Under the pieces are notes generated by a model. It was given only the letters and a program-made list of their open reading frames with translations. It did not search any database and was not told the origin of the DNA. The position numbers and the translations under genes were made by a program. Below, piece after piece: positions 11,798-24,168 of a DNA stretch of 64,000 nucleotides. The first letter of the stretch is position 1, and each line of letters starts with the position of its first letter. Origin of the DNA: Podarcis liolepis (taxonomy: Eukaryota); the NCBI GenBank assembly GCA_965112155.1, contig OZ218109.1. One strand, given 5' to 3'.

Positions 11798-12968
11798 TAA
11801 AGTAAGTAGTAAAGGCTGCATTTGGCCCCAGGGCCCAAAGTTCCCCACTCCTGGCCTAAAACAACCCAACCGCACCACTTCGTCCAGTATCCTGAGGCCT
11901 AAACCACAAGGCCTAAACCACATTCCTCCAGGAAGTCCAGAAGCACAAGATAAACAGACTGTCCACACTGCTGTTCCCTAGAAAATGGTGCACCCAAACA
12001 TGGGGTCCCTTCTAGCCATCCAAACTTGTTTGCTACCCTTTGATAGATTGGCCCTCCATTAATTTGCCTCGTTTCCTTTCAAGGCCCTCTTAACGAGTGG
12101 CCCTCTCTGTATCCTGTTGCAGCAAGCTCCATAGTCAATTCAACAACAAGATTTGTTCACAAAGGGACGTATAATTTACAGGCGGAAACCCAAATAGAGG
12201 TACAAGGGGGGTCTGTGGAGGCCTTCACAGCACACTCTTTCTGGTCTCTGGAAGTCGATGTCATAGAGCTACAGATAAGACTCAAGGGCTGGCCGATAGT
12301 GAAGATGTCAACCCACAGAAAGGAGCTCTTTTTGCTGATCTGCAGAAAATTTCAATTAGCTTTTGTGTGCGAAGAAACACTTCCTTTCTCCTGTCCTGAA
12401 TCTACTGCCAATCAATTGCACGGGGTGACCTTGAGGTCTCGCATTACAAGAGGGAGGGGGTGGGGGAAAGCACCTTCTACCTGCTTTCAGCAAAGTGTTC
12501 GGAGGGTGGCTACATGCAGGAACCCTGCAGCCTCATCCACAGTTTAAGTGAAGTTGGGCACTGGGACAGAGCTCCAAAACCTGGTGCCTTGTGTGCATGT
12601 GGGTGGGTGGCCCACTTGAAGCTGGCACACTAAATGCTAAATGACACAGGTGCCGCTGCTTTTTATCCAAAACATTCTAGCAAGCAGGACATACTTCTGG
12701 ATTTTACACGCAGCCATGATGTCAACTGGCCCAGTGGCCAAATTAAAGGGGGCAGGCTGCCCCTGTGGCTTTCCTGGTTGGTTAAATAAGTCAAGCCTAG
12801 GCCGGGCACATGGGACTTGGGGACGCTTCCCAGCCAAAGGGCAATCAGTTGGGGGCAGCAATTTGCCCATGATGAGTGGAGCCAAAGACAAATGTCTTTG
12901 AGGCAACAGATGTGCAAAAGCAAAAGTCACAACAGGATATATTCCGGCCATGTGGAAAATCAGGGGTT

Positions 12969-12972
<4 letters not shown>

Positions 12973-13035
<63 letters not shown>
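12973..13035. repeat. (CA)n microsatellite, imperfect
   Basis: Direct inspection. Confidence 0.95.
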
Positions 13036-13038
<3 letters not shown>

Positions 13039-15691
13039 CCTCCCCATTCAGGCAAGCACAGGTGTCCTCACAATGACACAGTGGTTAGATGTTGGGCCCC
13101 TGCATGCATAAGTGGAGAGCACCCTCTAAATGCCTATTACCCCCTGCTCTCCAGCTCTCTCTCCCACCCTCTCTCCCCACACAACTCTCCTTTCAACTAG
13201 AGTTGAAGCTCTGGGGCCGGCTGGAGGATGCGTGGGAAACTGGCTGCGGCTGCTGCACTACTGTGGGTCAGCTGTTAGGCAGGGAGGCTGAGCAGCCTAA
13301 ACAAAGCCCCACTGCGCTTCAGGTCTCTTTGGGGCTTCCTCTGCCCTCGCTGCCGCCCTCTTCAGGCTCAGAGGAAGATCTCCTCATGAACCACAAGGAC
13401 TCTCTAGCTCTCTCCCACCATGGTATGATTCTATTTATTTCCCACCATGTGTGGAAGTAGAACACGCATATTACAGTATTACAATTCAAGCGCAAACCAG
13501 CTATCTAGCACTCTTGGTTGAAAAGAACTGTAGAGCCTTCACGCTGGTGCACTTAAAAGCTCTCCCTTCAGCAGTCCTGGAGGAAAGATGCATAAACACC
13601 TCTAACCAGGAGCGCAAGTGCTCCTGTGACTCTGGAGAGGCCGAGTTGCTGACCCATGACCTCCTACGCTGCTCCTTTTATCCTGACTTGCATAAAACAT
13701 TTGCTGAACCCTTCTTATCAAATCTGCCAGGACAATGAGGTAGAGATTCTTCAAAACCCATTATCAGTAAGGCCAGTGTTACTAAGCAAGCGTACGGCCT
13801 GACCACAAAACTGGTAAGAACCAGTTTAGGAGGAGCCAAAAGGAGCCTTCATACAACCCCTTCTTCTGAGTGTTAACAGAAACCGGCAATTTGCCAAAGG
13901 ACTTCAGTCTGCATATCAGAAATTTCGACCTGTAGGCAGCTGGTCAGAGAGTGTGGCTGAAGTATTGCTACTAGACGGTTTCATTCAGTCTGAATTTTAA
14001 AGTCAGCTGGACTGATTCACATTTTCTGGACTACCACATGAATTGGAATGCAGTTCCCATTTGGTTTTTGCACTTTTCCATAATTTGCAATTACTTCCGT
14101 GGCTCGAGGAAGTGTACCAAAATGCTCATATACAATGCACGTTTTACGGGGGGAAATGCACAAGAAATGCACACCCAGCCTACGTTGCATCAGAGCTGCT
14201 GCTAGAATGTTGCTGCCATTGTAAATGAGCTCTGAAAGAGCTTTAAGATCAAGAGTGCAAGTCTGACTGGCATGAGATTCCACATGCCTGAATGACTGCT
14301 TTCATTTTTCATTACAACCCACGTAAAGTGCTTATTGCTTTTTGGGGTGGGGGAGGTCTCAGTGGATATCAAGTGTGGTTTTTATTTTACTTTTCGGTTT
14401 ACAGAACTTAAGATGCGACCTGCAGGGACGATCACAGCTTAGTGCCAAGTGAATGAGCTGTGTATGCCACAGGTCTCACGTTCCATCCCTGGCAACTCTA
14501 GCCAAGAAGCATTTCTGGTCCAGCTCAGGATAAGGAAGCTTTGGATGTTATAAATCTAAACTGGCACCTTCAGCGCTGGTAAGGCACCCATCCACTCTTT
14601 AGCACCAATTTAAAAACAAAGAGCTGGTTTTTCAATCTGTATGAAATTTCGGTTGCACACCTATCCACATCTCTTACGCCCACACAAAATGATTTTGTTA
14701 TTTATTTATTTTAGGATTACTAGAGGCTGGATTTATCTGGACGCTCCTATTTCTCTTCTGCACACAGTCAAAGGCATAGCCACATTGCTGAACATCAGTT
14801 TATAAATTAAAAGTGACTTCCCAAATAGGATTTGCTGTTCTAAGCCTTGAATTTTTCATATGATTGAATTATCTAATTACTCTGCTTTCGTGGCCAGGCG
14901 CATGATTTCATGCTCCTTTTTTTTGCCTTTTATATAACAATCAAAAGTGAGTGCATTGCTAATCCAGTTCATTATATTTCTTGGGGAGTTGCATATACCA
15001 CTGATCAGTCAACAAATTGGCTGGGGACAAGCAGTGGCTCTGTTCCTACACCTTCATATTGTTATGGGTTTGTAGGGGGCAAGGATCCCCTAAAATGTCT
15101 GGGTGCCGGCTTCTCCCCATAGGTTCTGAAATTAGTAAATGTGGGGGGTTTGAAGCCAAGTGTGACTAGACATACACCTGACGTTTCAGAGGGGGAAATT
15201 ATAGCCACTAGAGTAGAGGGAGCCAGTATTGCTATCTAAGGCCTCTTCCTACAGAATTCCCCATCAGATGCATGGGCTGGAAACCCAAAGTTTTATTCTT
15301 GCCCCTGCAGGGTCCAAACGATGCCATTCTGACAACAAAACTATTAAGAGACACAGCTCCAGATATCTCAGCAGCTATCTAGGCTCAACAGTATACAGAC
15401 GCACTTCTTTAAAAATAGCTAGAAAATGATGAACTGGATCCAACTGATGGCTCAACCGCATGCATGATGTGGCAGCACCCTGGCAACTATTAGGCAATAA
15501 ATAGTTTCCCCATGAGCAGACGGCAGAGAGGCAGAATTAAGTTGGGTCATGCTTCCAAGATTAATCCTTCCATCTCCACACAAAGGTCCAGCATGGTGAA
15601 AAGTAACCGCACCTGTATGGAGCGCCCCAGTTCCTTATGCTTCAGATGAGTAAACTGAATAGTGGCAGTGGGGTTAAGAAAAAGTCCCTAC

Positions 15692-15712
15692 CTCTGCAGA
15701 GCACTATGACAA
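15692..15712 (-). other. KIAA1217: Candidate KIAA1217 microexon (12 nt 15692-15703 or 21 nt 15692-15712)
   Basis: Long pyrimidine tract, two tandem AG acceptors, donor GAG|gtaggg, inside a phase-0 intron. Confidence 0.35.
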
Positions 15713-15887
15713 CTGGATGGTGGGGGGGATTGAGGGAAGAGAGAAAAGGGACGGTTGACTGATATAGGCAGAAGTATGCTTCTGTATGTCCAACACTGTG
15801 CCAAATCATAGCTTAAACAAAAGATACACATGAGGAAAAATATTTTCCTTCATTTGATTAACAGGTTTTGTTCTAAAGAGTTAGAAT

Positions 15888-16142
15888 CAGGGGTCAGCAA
15901 ACTTTTTCAGCAGGGGGTCGGTCCACTGTCCCTCAGACCTTGTGGTGGGGGACGACTATTTTTTTTGGGGGGGGGGGGATGAACAAATTCCTATGCCCCA
16001 CAAATAACCCAGAAATGCATTTTAAATAAAAGCACACATTCTACTCATGTAAAAACACACTGATTCCCGGACCGTCTGTGGGCTGGATTTAGAAGGCGAT
16101 TGGGGCGGATCTAGCCCCCGGGCCTTAGTTTGCCTACTCATG
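15888..16142 (+). mobile_element. hAT (Charlie/OC1-like) MITE
   Basis: CAGGGGTCAGCAAACTTTTT..CACTGTCCCTCAGACC..ATGAACAAATTCCTATG..GGGCCTTAGTTTGCCTACTCATG. Degenerate TSD agttagaat / agttggat. Confidence 0.7.
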
Positions 16143-16369
16143 AGTTGGATTAATCCAGGAAGGAATGATAAATCTACTATAATCCATGATAGCTAAATGC
16201 AGCTTCCATGTATAACAGATGACTCTCCTCCATCCAAATATTTATGCCCTACTTTTGAGCATCCTAGGGACCCCTGTCTGAATGTTGTTTGAAAAAGGAA
16301 CTACATTTTTATTAACCCTCTATACTTACTAAAACCTTCCAAATACCAACATCTGCTACTTGGTTTAGT

Positions 16370-16413
16370 GTCCAGAGTGGCTGGAGAAACCCAGCCAGAT
16401 GGGAGGGTTATAA

Positions 16414-16461
<48 letters not shown>
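16370..16461 (+). mobile_element. Very short L2-type 3' end with (TTA)n tail
   Basis: ccagagtggctggagaaacccagccagatgggagggttataaat followed by (tta)n. Confidence 0.7.
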
Positions 16462-16462
<1 letters not shown>

Positions 16463-17071
16463 GGAATGGGTGGGGTAGATTTTAAATCAACCTACCGGTC
16501 AGATATATATCCATATCAGTGTTGGGTGACCTGTGGCCCTCCAGTTGTTGCTAGACTTTGCTTCCCAGCAGCCCCAGCCAGCAAGGGTCAAAGATCAGGG
16601 TCATGGGGAGTCAGGGTCCAACAACATCTAGAGGGCCACATGTTTCATATGTTTAATATATCAACAAAACATTTCAGACAAACTGGACTCAGAATAACAA
16701 AAGCTGATTTGGAACATAAACACTCAATTCCATGGCTTTTGTTCTTCTGCTAGTTCCTTCCCTCTGTAACCGAAGTCTCTAAGTTGACACTTAGAGTGTA
16801 GAAGATATTAACGAGTTCACAATCTTATCAGGAAACCAGCTTCCAGGGGGCATCCATGTTAGCGTGTTGCAGCAAAAAAACTACATCAGGTCTTGCAGCA
16901 CATTGGAAACTATCAAATTTATTGCACCGTCATAAATTTCATTGAGACTAATGCCACAATAAATCTGATAGTCCTTAAAGTGTCACAACAAGACACTCTG
17001 TTGCTTTAAAAGGGGGAAAGTGTCCATCGCAGGCACCTCTCCTCCTCCAAGCAAAAAAGGCCCAGTAATAC

Positions 17072-17235
17072 CTGTAGTTGCCGCATCTGGTGCAGCTGGA
17101 GACGGAGATCCGACACGTTGCGTTTCATGTCAAAGAGGCTGACTTGCATGGCTGTGGAGCCGACCGGCATGACGCTGGCAGGGGCAGCTTCGATAGCTAG
17201 TAACGAGTTCTTCCCACTGGAGACATGAGCAGATC
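17072..17235 (-). CDS. KIAA1217: KIAA1217 coding exon (164 nt, phase 1 to 0): SAHVSSGKNSLLAIEAAPASVMPVGSTAMQVSLFDMKRNVSDLRLQLHQMRQLQ
   Basis: Acceptor ttcag|GA, donor CAG|gtatta. LRLQLxQMRQLQ motif. Open frame. Confidence 0.95.
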
Positions 17236-20076
17236 CTGAACATAAACAGCAGCAAACTGATTAATTAAGAGTGAAGCTTCAGTCACCTTTTCTCTCCTCT
17301 TCCTATCATAAAATGTTAAGGCTCCTATGGATCACTTAATTCACTCAACAATGCAAACGCAAGATCACAGATTGTTCCTATCGTGTCCTAGGCTGCCTCC
17401 CCTTTAACTCAGTAGTCGACTGATAGGATGGTAAAGAATAGGTGGTGTTAATAACTGAAGAAATAAGAGGAATCATCAAGTGATAACTGCTGTTCACTGT
17501 GTTCAAAACGAGTTCAAAACAAGACACGTGTTTTCCCTTATCCTTGTATATCTGACTGAACCTATCAGCAGCGCTCAAACTCACTCATGTATCCCTATAA
17601 TTTTGTTCAGGATTTTCTACAAGCAGGTAGACAAACCTTGGTTACAGCTAGAAAGAGTTAAACCACGGGCCCAGGTTCAGATGACAGGCTAAGCCAAATC
17701 ACAGCTTAGCTTAATGTAGAGCAGTAGCAAAACAAGCAGTGATATCCTTTTTGGGAGCCCACATAATTGCTCATTTATGCCACAGCATCATGGTTGGGCT
17801 TAGTGTTATGTGCAAACCTGGCCTCTTCCTCCAATGTAAACCATGGTTTTACTGTACACCTGAGATCTTAATTAGGGTTAAGGCAAGGAATATGGAGTGG
17901 AGCCTGCAAGCATCTTCATACTTCTCAAATACATGAATTCAATGCAAGCAAGGAGGGGGAAGAAGAAACAGGGCTAATATGTCTTAAATCTGCTGAAATG
18001 AAAAGTGACACACCTAGTTATCAACAGCTCCTCATCTTCAAAGCCCCATTTCCTCTCCCATCATCAGATATGATCTAGAATTGTCTGCTGCATGTGGGCA
18101 GCTACAATGGGATAACCTTTAACTTGGTTGCAACAGATTCCCTTTTTGACTGGTTAAGTCATGCCTCCATTTTGCAATCCAGGCATGAGGCTTAGCTATG
18201 CCCTTCAGTAGTAAGAATAATAATAATAAACCCTAAACATAGCATGGAATGGTGATAAACAGATTTATTTTTTACTGCCTCATGCTGCAGTTGCCTTGAA
18301 ATTTTAACATCAATGAGATCACATATGGGCTTGATACCAACGCACAAAATCCTCGTGTTGCCTGCCTGTCGCTCAGCTGACGAGCTTCTGGAGGAGTTTC
18401 CCGTCCAGAAAGAGGAAAGGAGGGCAGGGAAAGACATCCTCGCCTGTTGCTCTGTGGCTAGTCACATGTTGCCAGCTGGCATTTGACCTAGACTGTGTTT
18501 TTTTCCAAGGGTATAAAAAGAATTAGCATCATCTTCCCAGGAGAGAAATAAAAATGGCAGATGCGCATTCCTTCACTGCCTACCACACCCATCTACCCAT
18601 CTGTGCCTTCCTCCAAAAACATTTCAGCCCAGGCAGTGCTGAATTTGGAGAAGGGGGAAAAAGTACTGCATGAGCACAGGGCTGGATACATATCAATCAC
18701 AGCAGCAAAGTGCAGAACATGCGTTGTAGAACACGACACTTTCACATAACCCCAAAGTTAAGCCCATTCTTCTCATGCTCAAGACGGTAGCTGGGGAGAG
18801 TGGGGAGTTTTCTCCAGGAAACGCAATCCAATTCCAAGTCTACAGCTACTGAGCTCATGTCTCTTCTTTGCACATTTAAACTTCTGCAACTGCCTTTCTT
18901 GAGAGGGCCCCACCCCCGGACAAAGAACAGGACACCATAAAAAAGCAGCAACACGTTTTCTGAAGCATTCCAAGGAATTCCGGCTTTCTGCAGAGTTCTG
19001 GAAAAGCAGTCCCATGAACCAGAACAAAACAATGAAACAGAAGTCCTGGAAGGCTGCAGGCTTCCTGTTTATTGTTAAGACAGGTTCATATGCTATATCC
19101 CTACAAGGGTAAGACTGCACCACTGGTTTTCTACAAGATCCGTCCTGAAAACAGCACAGAGAAGAGCTGGCGTGGTGGTTTTGCACCTCATCCCAAGCTC
19201 TATCATCAATTACTGTGAACAAAAACAGGAAAAGGGGAGCACTAAACAGGGATAAAGTTAGCATCTCATTAAAAGAAAAGATACAGATCTTCCCATGATT
19301 CATACAGACAAATGTTGTGTGATGCTAATGTCCTTCTTCCAGGCCACAGTTCATGAGCCTTTGTTAATGGAAATCTGCATTTTTTGTTTGAAGCTGAAGG
19401 CTGAATTTGCACAAATATTGTATACCCTTTCACCCATCCTCCACAGACTCTGCTAATTTTTCATGTAGAGCTTTGAAAGTGCTGCTGATCTGCAGTCTGG
19501 AGTCACTGCCATCAGCTGGTAGGCGGTGCCTTCCTGTAGGGATTGGCTACAGTGATGGAGCTCCTATAGGAAACTCAGTCGTGCGGCCAATGGAACTACA
19601 TCTCTACCTCCCTATCATATACAACAAGTGGGTGTGGTTTGGGGGAAACAGCCTCACAGGCTAAACTGAGAACTGTGTTAGCTTGAATCTCACCAGTTCT
19701 GCATCCTGATTCAGAAACATACAAGCAGGGTCTATTGGAAACAAGCAGACTCCTTAAAAACAGCCAACGGACAGCGAATCATGCTTCAAATTCTGAAGAG
19801 AACCAGGACTCCAAGCTCTGGCAAAAAAAACCCCAATTCTCTTCTTTCTCCAAATCCAAACTGCAAAAACACTTTCCAGTGTAGAACTCCAGGCTAAATA
19901 CAGCACCATCCTTGTTAGCAAAAGTGCATTCTAGCTGCCCCTCTGGTCCCTTTGCTTGGACTCGCATGGCTACTGCATCTTAAAGGCTGGAGCAAACAAG
20001 GACCATTCAAGCCCCTTTGTTAATTGCCTGCTCTCCCTTCAAGCAAAAGGAGCTTTCATAACACAAAGTGTCTTAC

Positions 20077-20126
20077 CTGGCTTCTCAGCGCTGCTTTTAC
20101 TAGTCACAGTTTTCACCATCTTCTCA
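20077..20126 (-). CDS. KIAA1217: KIAA1217 coding exon (50 nt, phase 2 to 1): (S)EKMVKTVTSKSSAEKP(G)
   Basis: Acceptor tttcatttag|T, donor G|gtaaga. Required to keep frame between flanking exons. Resembles the mammalian SEKMMKT segment (from memory). Confidence 0.88.
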
Positions 20127-20942
20127 CTAAATGAAACAAAAAAATGGGGAAAGAATTATGCAAGCCCGGTTGTTGACAGCAAGCTAACTATCAATAAATC
20201 AGCTAGCAAGAATTTTGATTCTAATGACAACCTGAATTATCTGGAATACAGAATGGACTTTCATTGTTAAAAACTGGTAGGGTCTAGGATTGTTCATTTA
20301 ATATACAGCTTTAAACATCCAGAGGAGCACTATGAGTTGTCCCCCGAGCCTCCAAATACTGATTTGGGCATTTAGTGCCACCAATCCCAAGCATGGAACC
20401 CCTGACCTCTGCAACAGAGGTTCTGCAGGCATCCTTACTATTAACCATCAGGTGTGTCTTGAAGACTTTTAAGCTGACAGACCTACTGAGTTTTTTACTT
20501 ATTTTTTTATATGAGTCATTTTCTACAATTTTGTGTTGTTTCGTGGTATTTTATGTCACACACCGCCTTGATATTTTATGCCACTAGGCGGTTAATAAAT
20601 ACTTTGATCAATGATTGAAAACAAAACAGGGATAAATCTCCAAATGCATTTATTCACTTGACTGATTATAATGCCAAGAAGAAGAATGTCTCGAAATGTG
20701 TTGTGCATTTTATTCTCCTTGCTTAAACTCAACTTTTAATCCATTTTTAAAAAAATTAAAGCTGAAAAATAAAAATAACTGAGCAAAAATCCTGACCCAA
20801 AAGACGTCAGTGGCAAGCATTCCCCACAGCATCCTCCATGGGGTGCAAGATTCTCCCCTAAGAGTGCCTGGGCTTTTTGCCCCCTGTGGTGATCAATGAA
20901 ATAATTACAGGGAAACAGATTTAATGAATTCTTTTGTTTTAC

Positions 20943-21047
20943 CTAGAAGCCTCTTTGCTATTACTTGTATTTGGCCCTTTTAAAAGCGCAGACTGAACAA
21001 GACCAGTTAAACTGGCAATCTGTTTCTCCATTGCTTGCATCCTCTCT
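20943..21047 (-). CDS. KIAA1217: KIAA1217 coding exon (105 nt, phase 2 to 2): ERMQAMEKQIASLTGLVQSALLKGPNTSNSKEAS
   Basis: Manual translation. Acceptor cttacag|A, donor AG|gtaaaa. The MEKQIASLTGLVQSAL coiled-coil motif is typical of SKT/SRCIN1. Frame fits both neighbours. Confidence 0.95.
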
Positions 21048-22389
21048 CTGTAAGACAAGAGAATCGTTTGTTAAAGCCAAATGTATTTAACTTTCAAGAC
21101 TTGATTTCTTTTCTAGCTGAACGAGGACCACAAGATTAGAAAGGAAGACACCATGGAATTTGCTCAGTGCCTCCTGGCCATTAATTTTCATGTACCTTGT
21201 GTGAGAGGAAGACCAAACCACTACATCCTTTGTCAAAGTGCTGTACGGACTAAAACCAACATTCATTACAACAGTCACAGCTGCCCCTTATGATCTCTCT
21301 CCCTGCCTTTCATGATCTGAGCTAACTTCTCAGTTCCACCACTACATTCTGATCATCCTTTCTCTAGGCTACTGTAGCCTTTTTCTTAACAGGTCTTCTC
21401 TCCCTCCTGCTGTGTCTCTCTGCCCCCTCTCTCTGGAAGAACCGGAATCTTCTTCCTTGCGCTGTGTTCTTTGCAAGCGTCTGTACTGTCTGCCTGAGTT
21501 TTTCCACCACCGACTGCAAACTTCGGCTCTTTTAGAAAGTTCCTCGCCTTTTTACTTGTGGGCTGTACTTCTCTCAAACTCCTGTTACTCTCAACCTCCA
21601 CTCCATAAGTAAACTCCTCTGGTTTGGGCTTCTTCAGTCCCTTTGTGCTACTCCTATCAACATGCAATGACATCCTCTATCCTCGGCACTGTGTCAGGAT
21701 TGTCCTTCAGCAGGATCCAGCCCTTCAGCATGCTTGAGGGGCCAGCCCTGCTCCATGGACCAAAGGTTCTCCACCCGTGCACTAAACAAACAAACCAAGT
21801 CATCTTAACACCAAAGATCCATAGCAAATCAGGCCATTTCCTAACACCTATCATGACGTCTGGGTCAGCTCTGTTTTCTGGTCCAAATTAGAAGCATCCC
21901 CCCCCCCCCATCTCTAAACTGCCTTAGTATTGCCTGACTTTCTTTTCAACTTAATAGCAGCCAATTCTTGTTCCTTCTGCAGGTTTCCCATGAAAACCAC
22001 TTATTGAATGACCCGGGCCTCCTCTTGTCTTCACCTCATTCGCCACCTGACTCTTTCTTATGGCACATTTGCTATCAGTCTCTGAACTCTCCCCTCTTTG
22101 GTCATTATTTTAGTTCCATTTAAAGTCGAAGACATTATCTGCTCTGTCACCAAATGGATCAAGATTTGTTTTTAACATTAATCCCCTTTGACAGATGCTT
22201 TTGAGCAAGTCCTACGAGGAAAAGTGATCCTTCCAAGTAGATGGGCAACTTGTACAATTGTGGATCTATTTATAGTGTGGGCTTATTCTATGGCTTAAAG
22301 TACAAAGGTTTACTGTGCAGCAGAACTGGTTATTTCAAAACCAAGCATCATATTAGGCATCTTATGTAGGCAGGCTTTCCACACACACC

Positions 22390-22572
22390 CCATAGCTCAG
22401 TAGCAGAGCATCAGTTTTGCATGCAGAAGATCACAGGTTCAATACCCATCATCTTCAGGTAGAAATGGAGGAGACACCTGCCTGAAAAACCTGGAGAGCT
22501 GTTGCTAGCCCATATGGACCACACTGAGCTGCATGGACCACTGGCCTGACTCAGGATAAGGCAGCTTTCCAT
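22390..22572 (+). mobile_element. tRNA-derived squamate SINE (Squam2-like)
   Basis: tagctcagtagcagagcat..tgcatgcagaag..ggttcaat head; ctggagagc..actgagct..tggacc..ctgactcag..taaggcagctt body. Confidence 0.75.
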
Positions 22573-24127
22573 AAGTTTCTATCCAACCCTTTTGCTTTTA
22601 TCTCCTGCACTTGTCTGTTTTATTAGATTGTTTTTGATTTTTTTAAAACTGTATTTTATTTTTTGTTTCTAATTGTTTTCAGCTGCCTTGGGTGGCGTGT
22701 AGTCATCTCAAGGGCTGGGCATACGTTTTAAAAACATTTCTAAATACATAAATTAAATACGTCGAACCAAGCATTGAAATTATGCTGCTTTTGAAAATAG
22801 GAATGAAAGCAGGAAGGAACGGTTCAAGCAGTAGCTACAGTGGGCACTTAATATACAAAGTGAACGGGACTCATTTATTTGCTTCTGGGAGAGCCCAGAA
22901 ATAACCTAATCACAGACTTATATGTGGATTAGAAAACAGTTAACCTTTGGATTGCACACTTCCCTGAATTTTGTGGCTCAAAAATGCAAAATAAAATGTG
23001 TCTGTTTACATCTGAAATGTGTACAAAAATGCATATTATAGGGGAAAGCATACAACAAAAAAGCCCCTTTTGTGTGCAGTGTGAGCCAAGTCAATCTAAT
23101 GATCATGACCTACAAGACCCACCTTAGCTGGGGTTCCCCTTTGAAGGCTCCTTTCAGGTCAGCATGCAAGATCCACCTAGCTGAGAAGTGAGATTCTCTG
23201 AGGGCTAGGAGCAGAGATTTCTCTGGAATGCCTTTGCAAAACAGGACCACCTTAATCCACATTTTCAGGAAAGGGGTGTGAATCTTACTGCCTTGCTTCT
23301 GCTCAGGCCAAATCAGCAGGAATCATTTTAAAGAGCAGTACAAAGTCACACCGTTAGCATGACTGCCTTGCAAGGAAGCCTGAAGTTGGCGCGGGTGGTA
23401 CAGAACAGCCAAAATAGCAAACCTGCACCCTCCCCCAAGGAGGTTTCTTCTCCCAGCCGTGAATTTCACACACTCATCAAGCTGCACAGTGACCTAGCAA
23501 AGCAGAAGGAGTCTTGCACACTTTCCAGATTTTCTGGGCAGAGTTGTTATTCTGTTCCAAGACTATCTTCCTTCTCTGACTGTCCAAAATAAAGTCTAAA
23601 AGAAGCACAATGGATACAAGCCCATGTCCCTCTGGAGTCCAATAACAGAGTACTGTGATACTTCCTTTTGTACAGGCAGAACGCTCTTCTTATTGTTCAT
23701 TTGAAGCTCTGTGTGAAACAAGCCTTGTCCTGTCTTACAACTAGCCTGAGGTCATTCAGAACAGGGCATTAGTACACGCTCCTAAATTGATCTCTACCTC
23801 TCACTCTGAAATTATCTGAGCACTGCTTATACATTTTCCCCCTCTCCCAGAGGCACCTTTTTTTACTTTCACATTGAAGAGGTGACACATCATCATCATC
23901 ATCATCATCATCATGCCTGGTGCAAGCATAAACCAGAATGCCAGTCATAAAAATCTTCCATTCAAGTTCATCTGCTTCATTAGTCTACGTGTGCATTAAA
24001 TATAGACAGATGATGTACCTTAGGGTGAGCAACTTGGAGGAGTAGCACTCTCACACATATATTATTAAGGAAGAGTTCCAATTATTTTATACTATAATGA
24101 AAACTAAATTGAAGCTCTCTCAGAAAA

Positions 24128-24168
24128 AGAGCGAGAGCGAGAGCGAGAGAGAGAGAGAGAGAGAGAGA
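24128..24168. repeat. (GAGAGC)n/(GA)n microsatellite
   Basis: Direct inspection. Confidence 0.9.

Noticed and set aside
18779-19303. 174-aa minus-strand ORF
   Set aside because: No similarity to the SKT sequence, which is already continuous across this intron; likely a chance ORF.
22390-22460. tRNA gene (tagctcagt..agagc..ggttcaat)
   Set aside because: The tRNA-like head continues into a SINE body and has no proper acceptor stem. The same applies to the other SINE heads.
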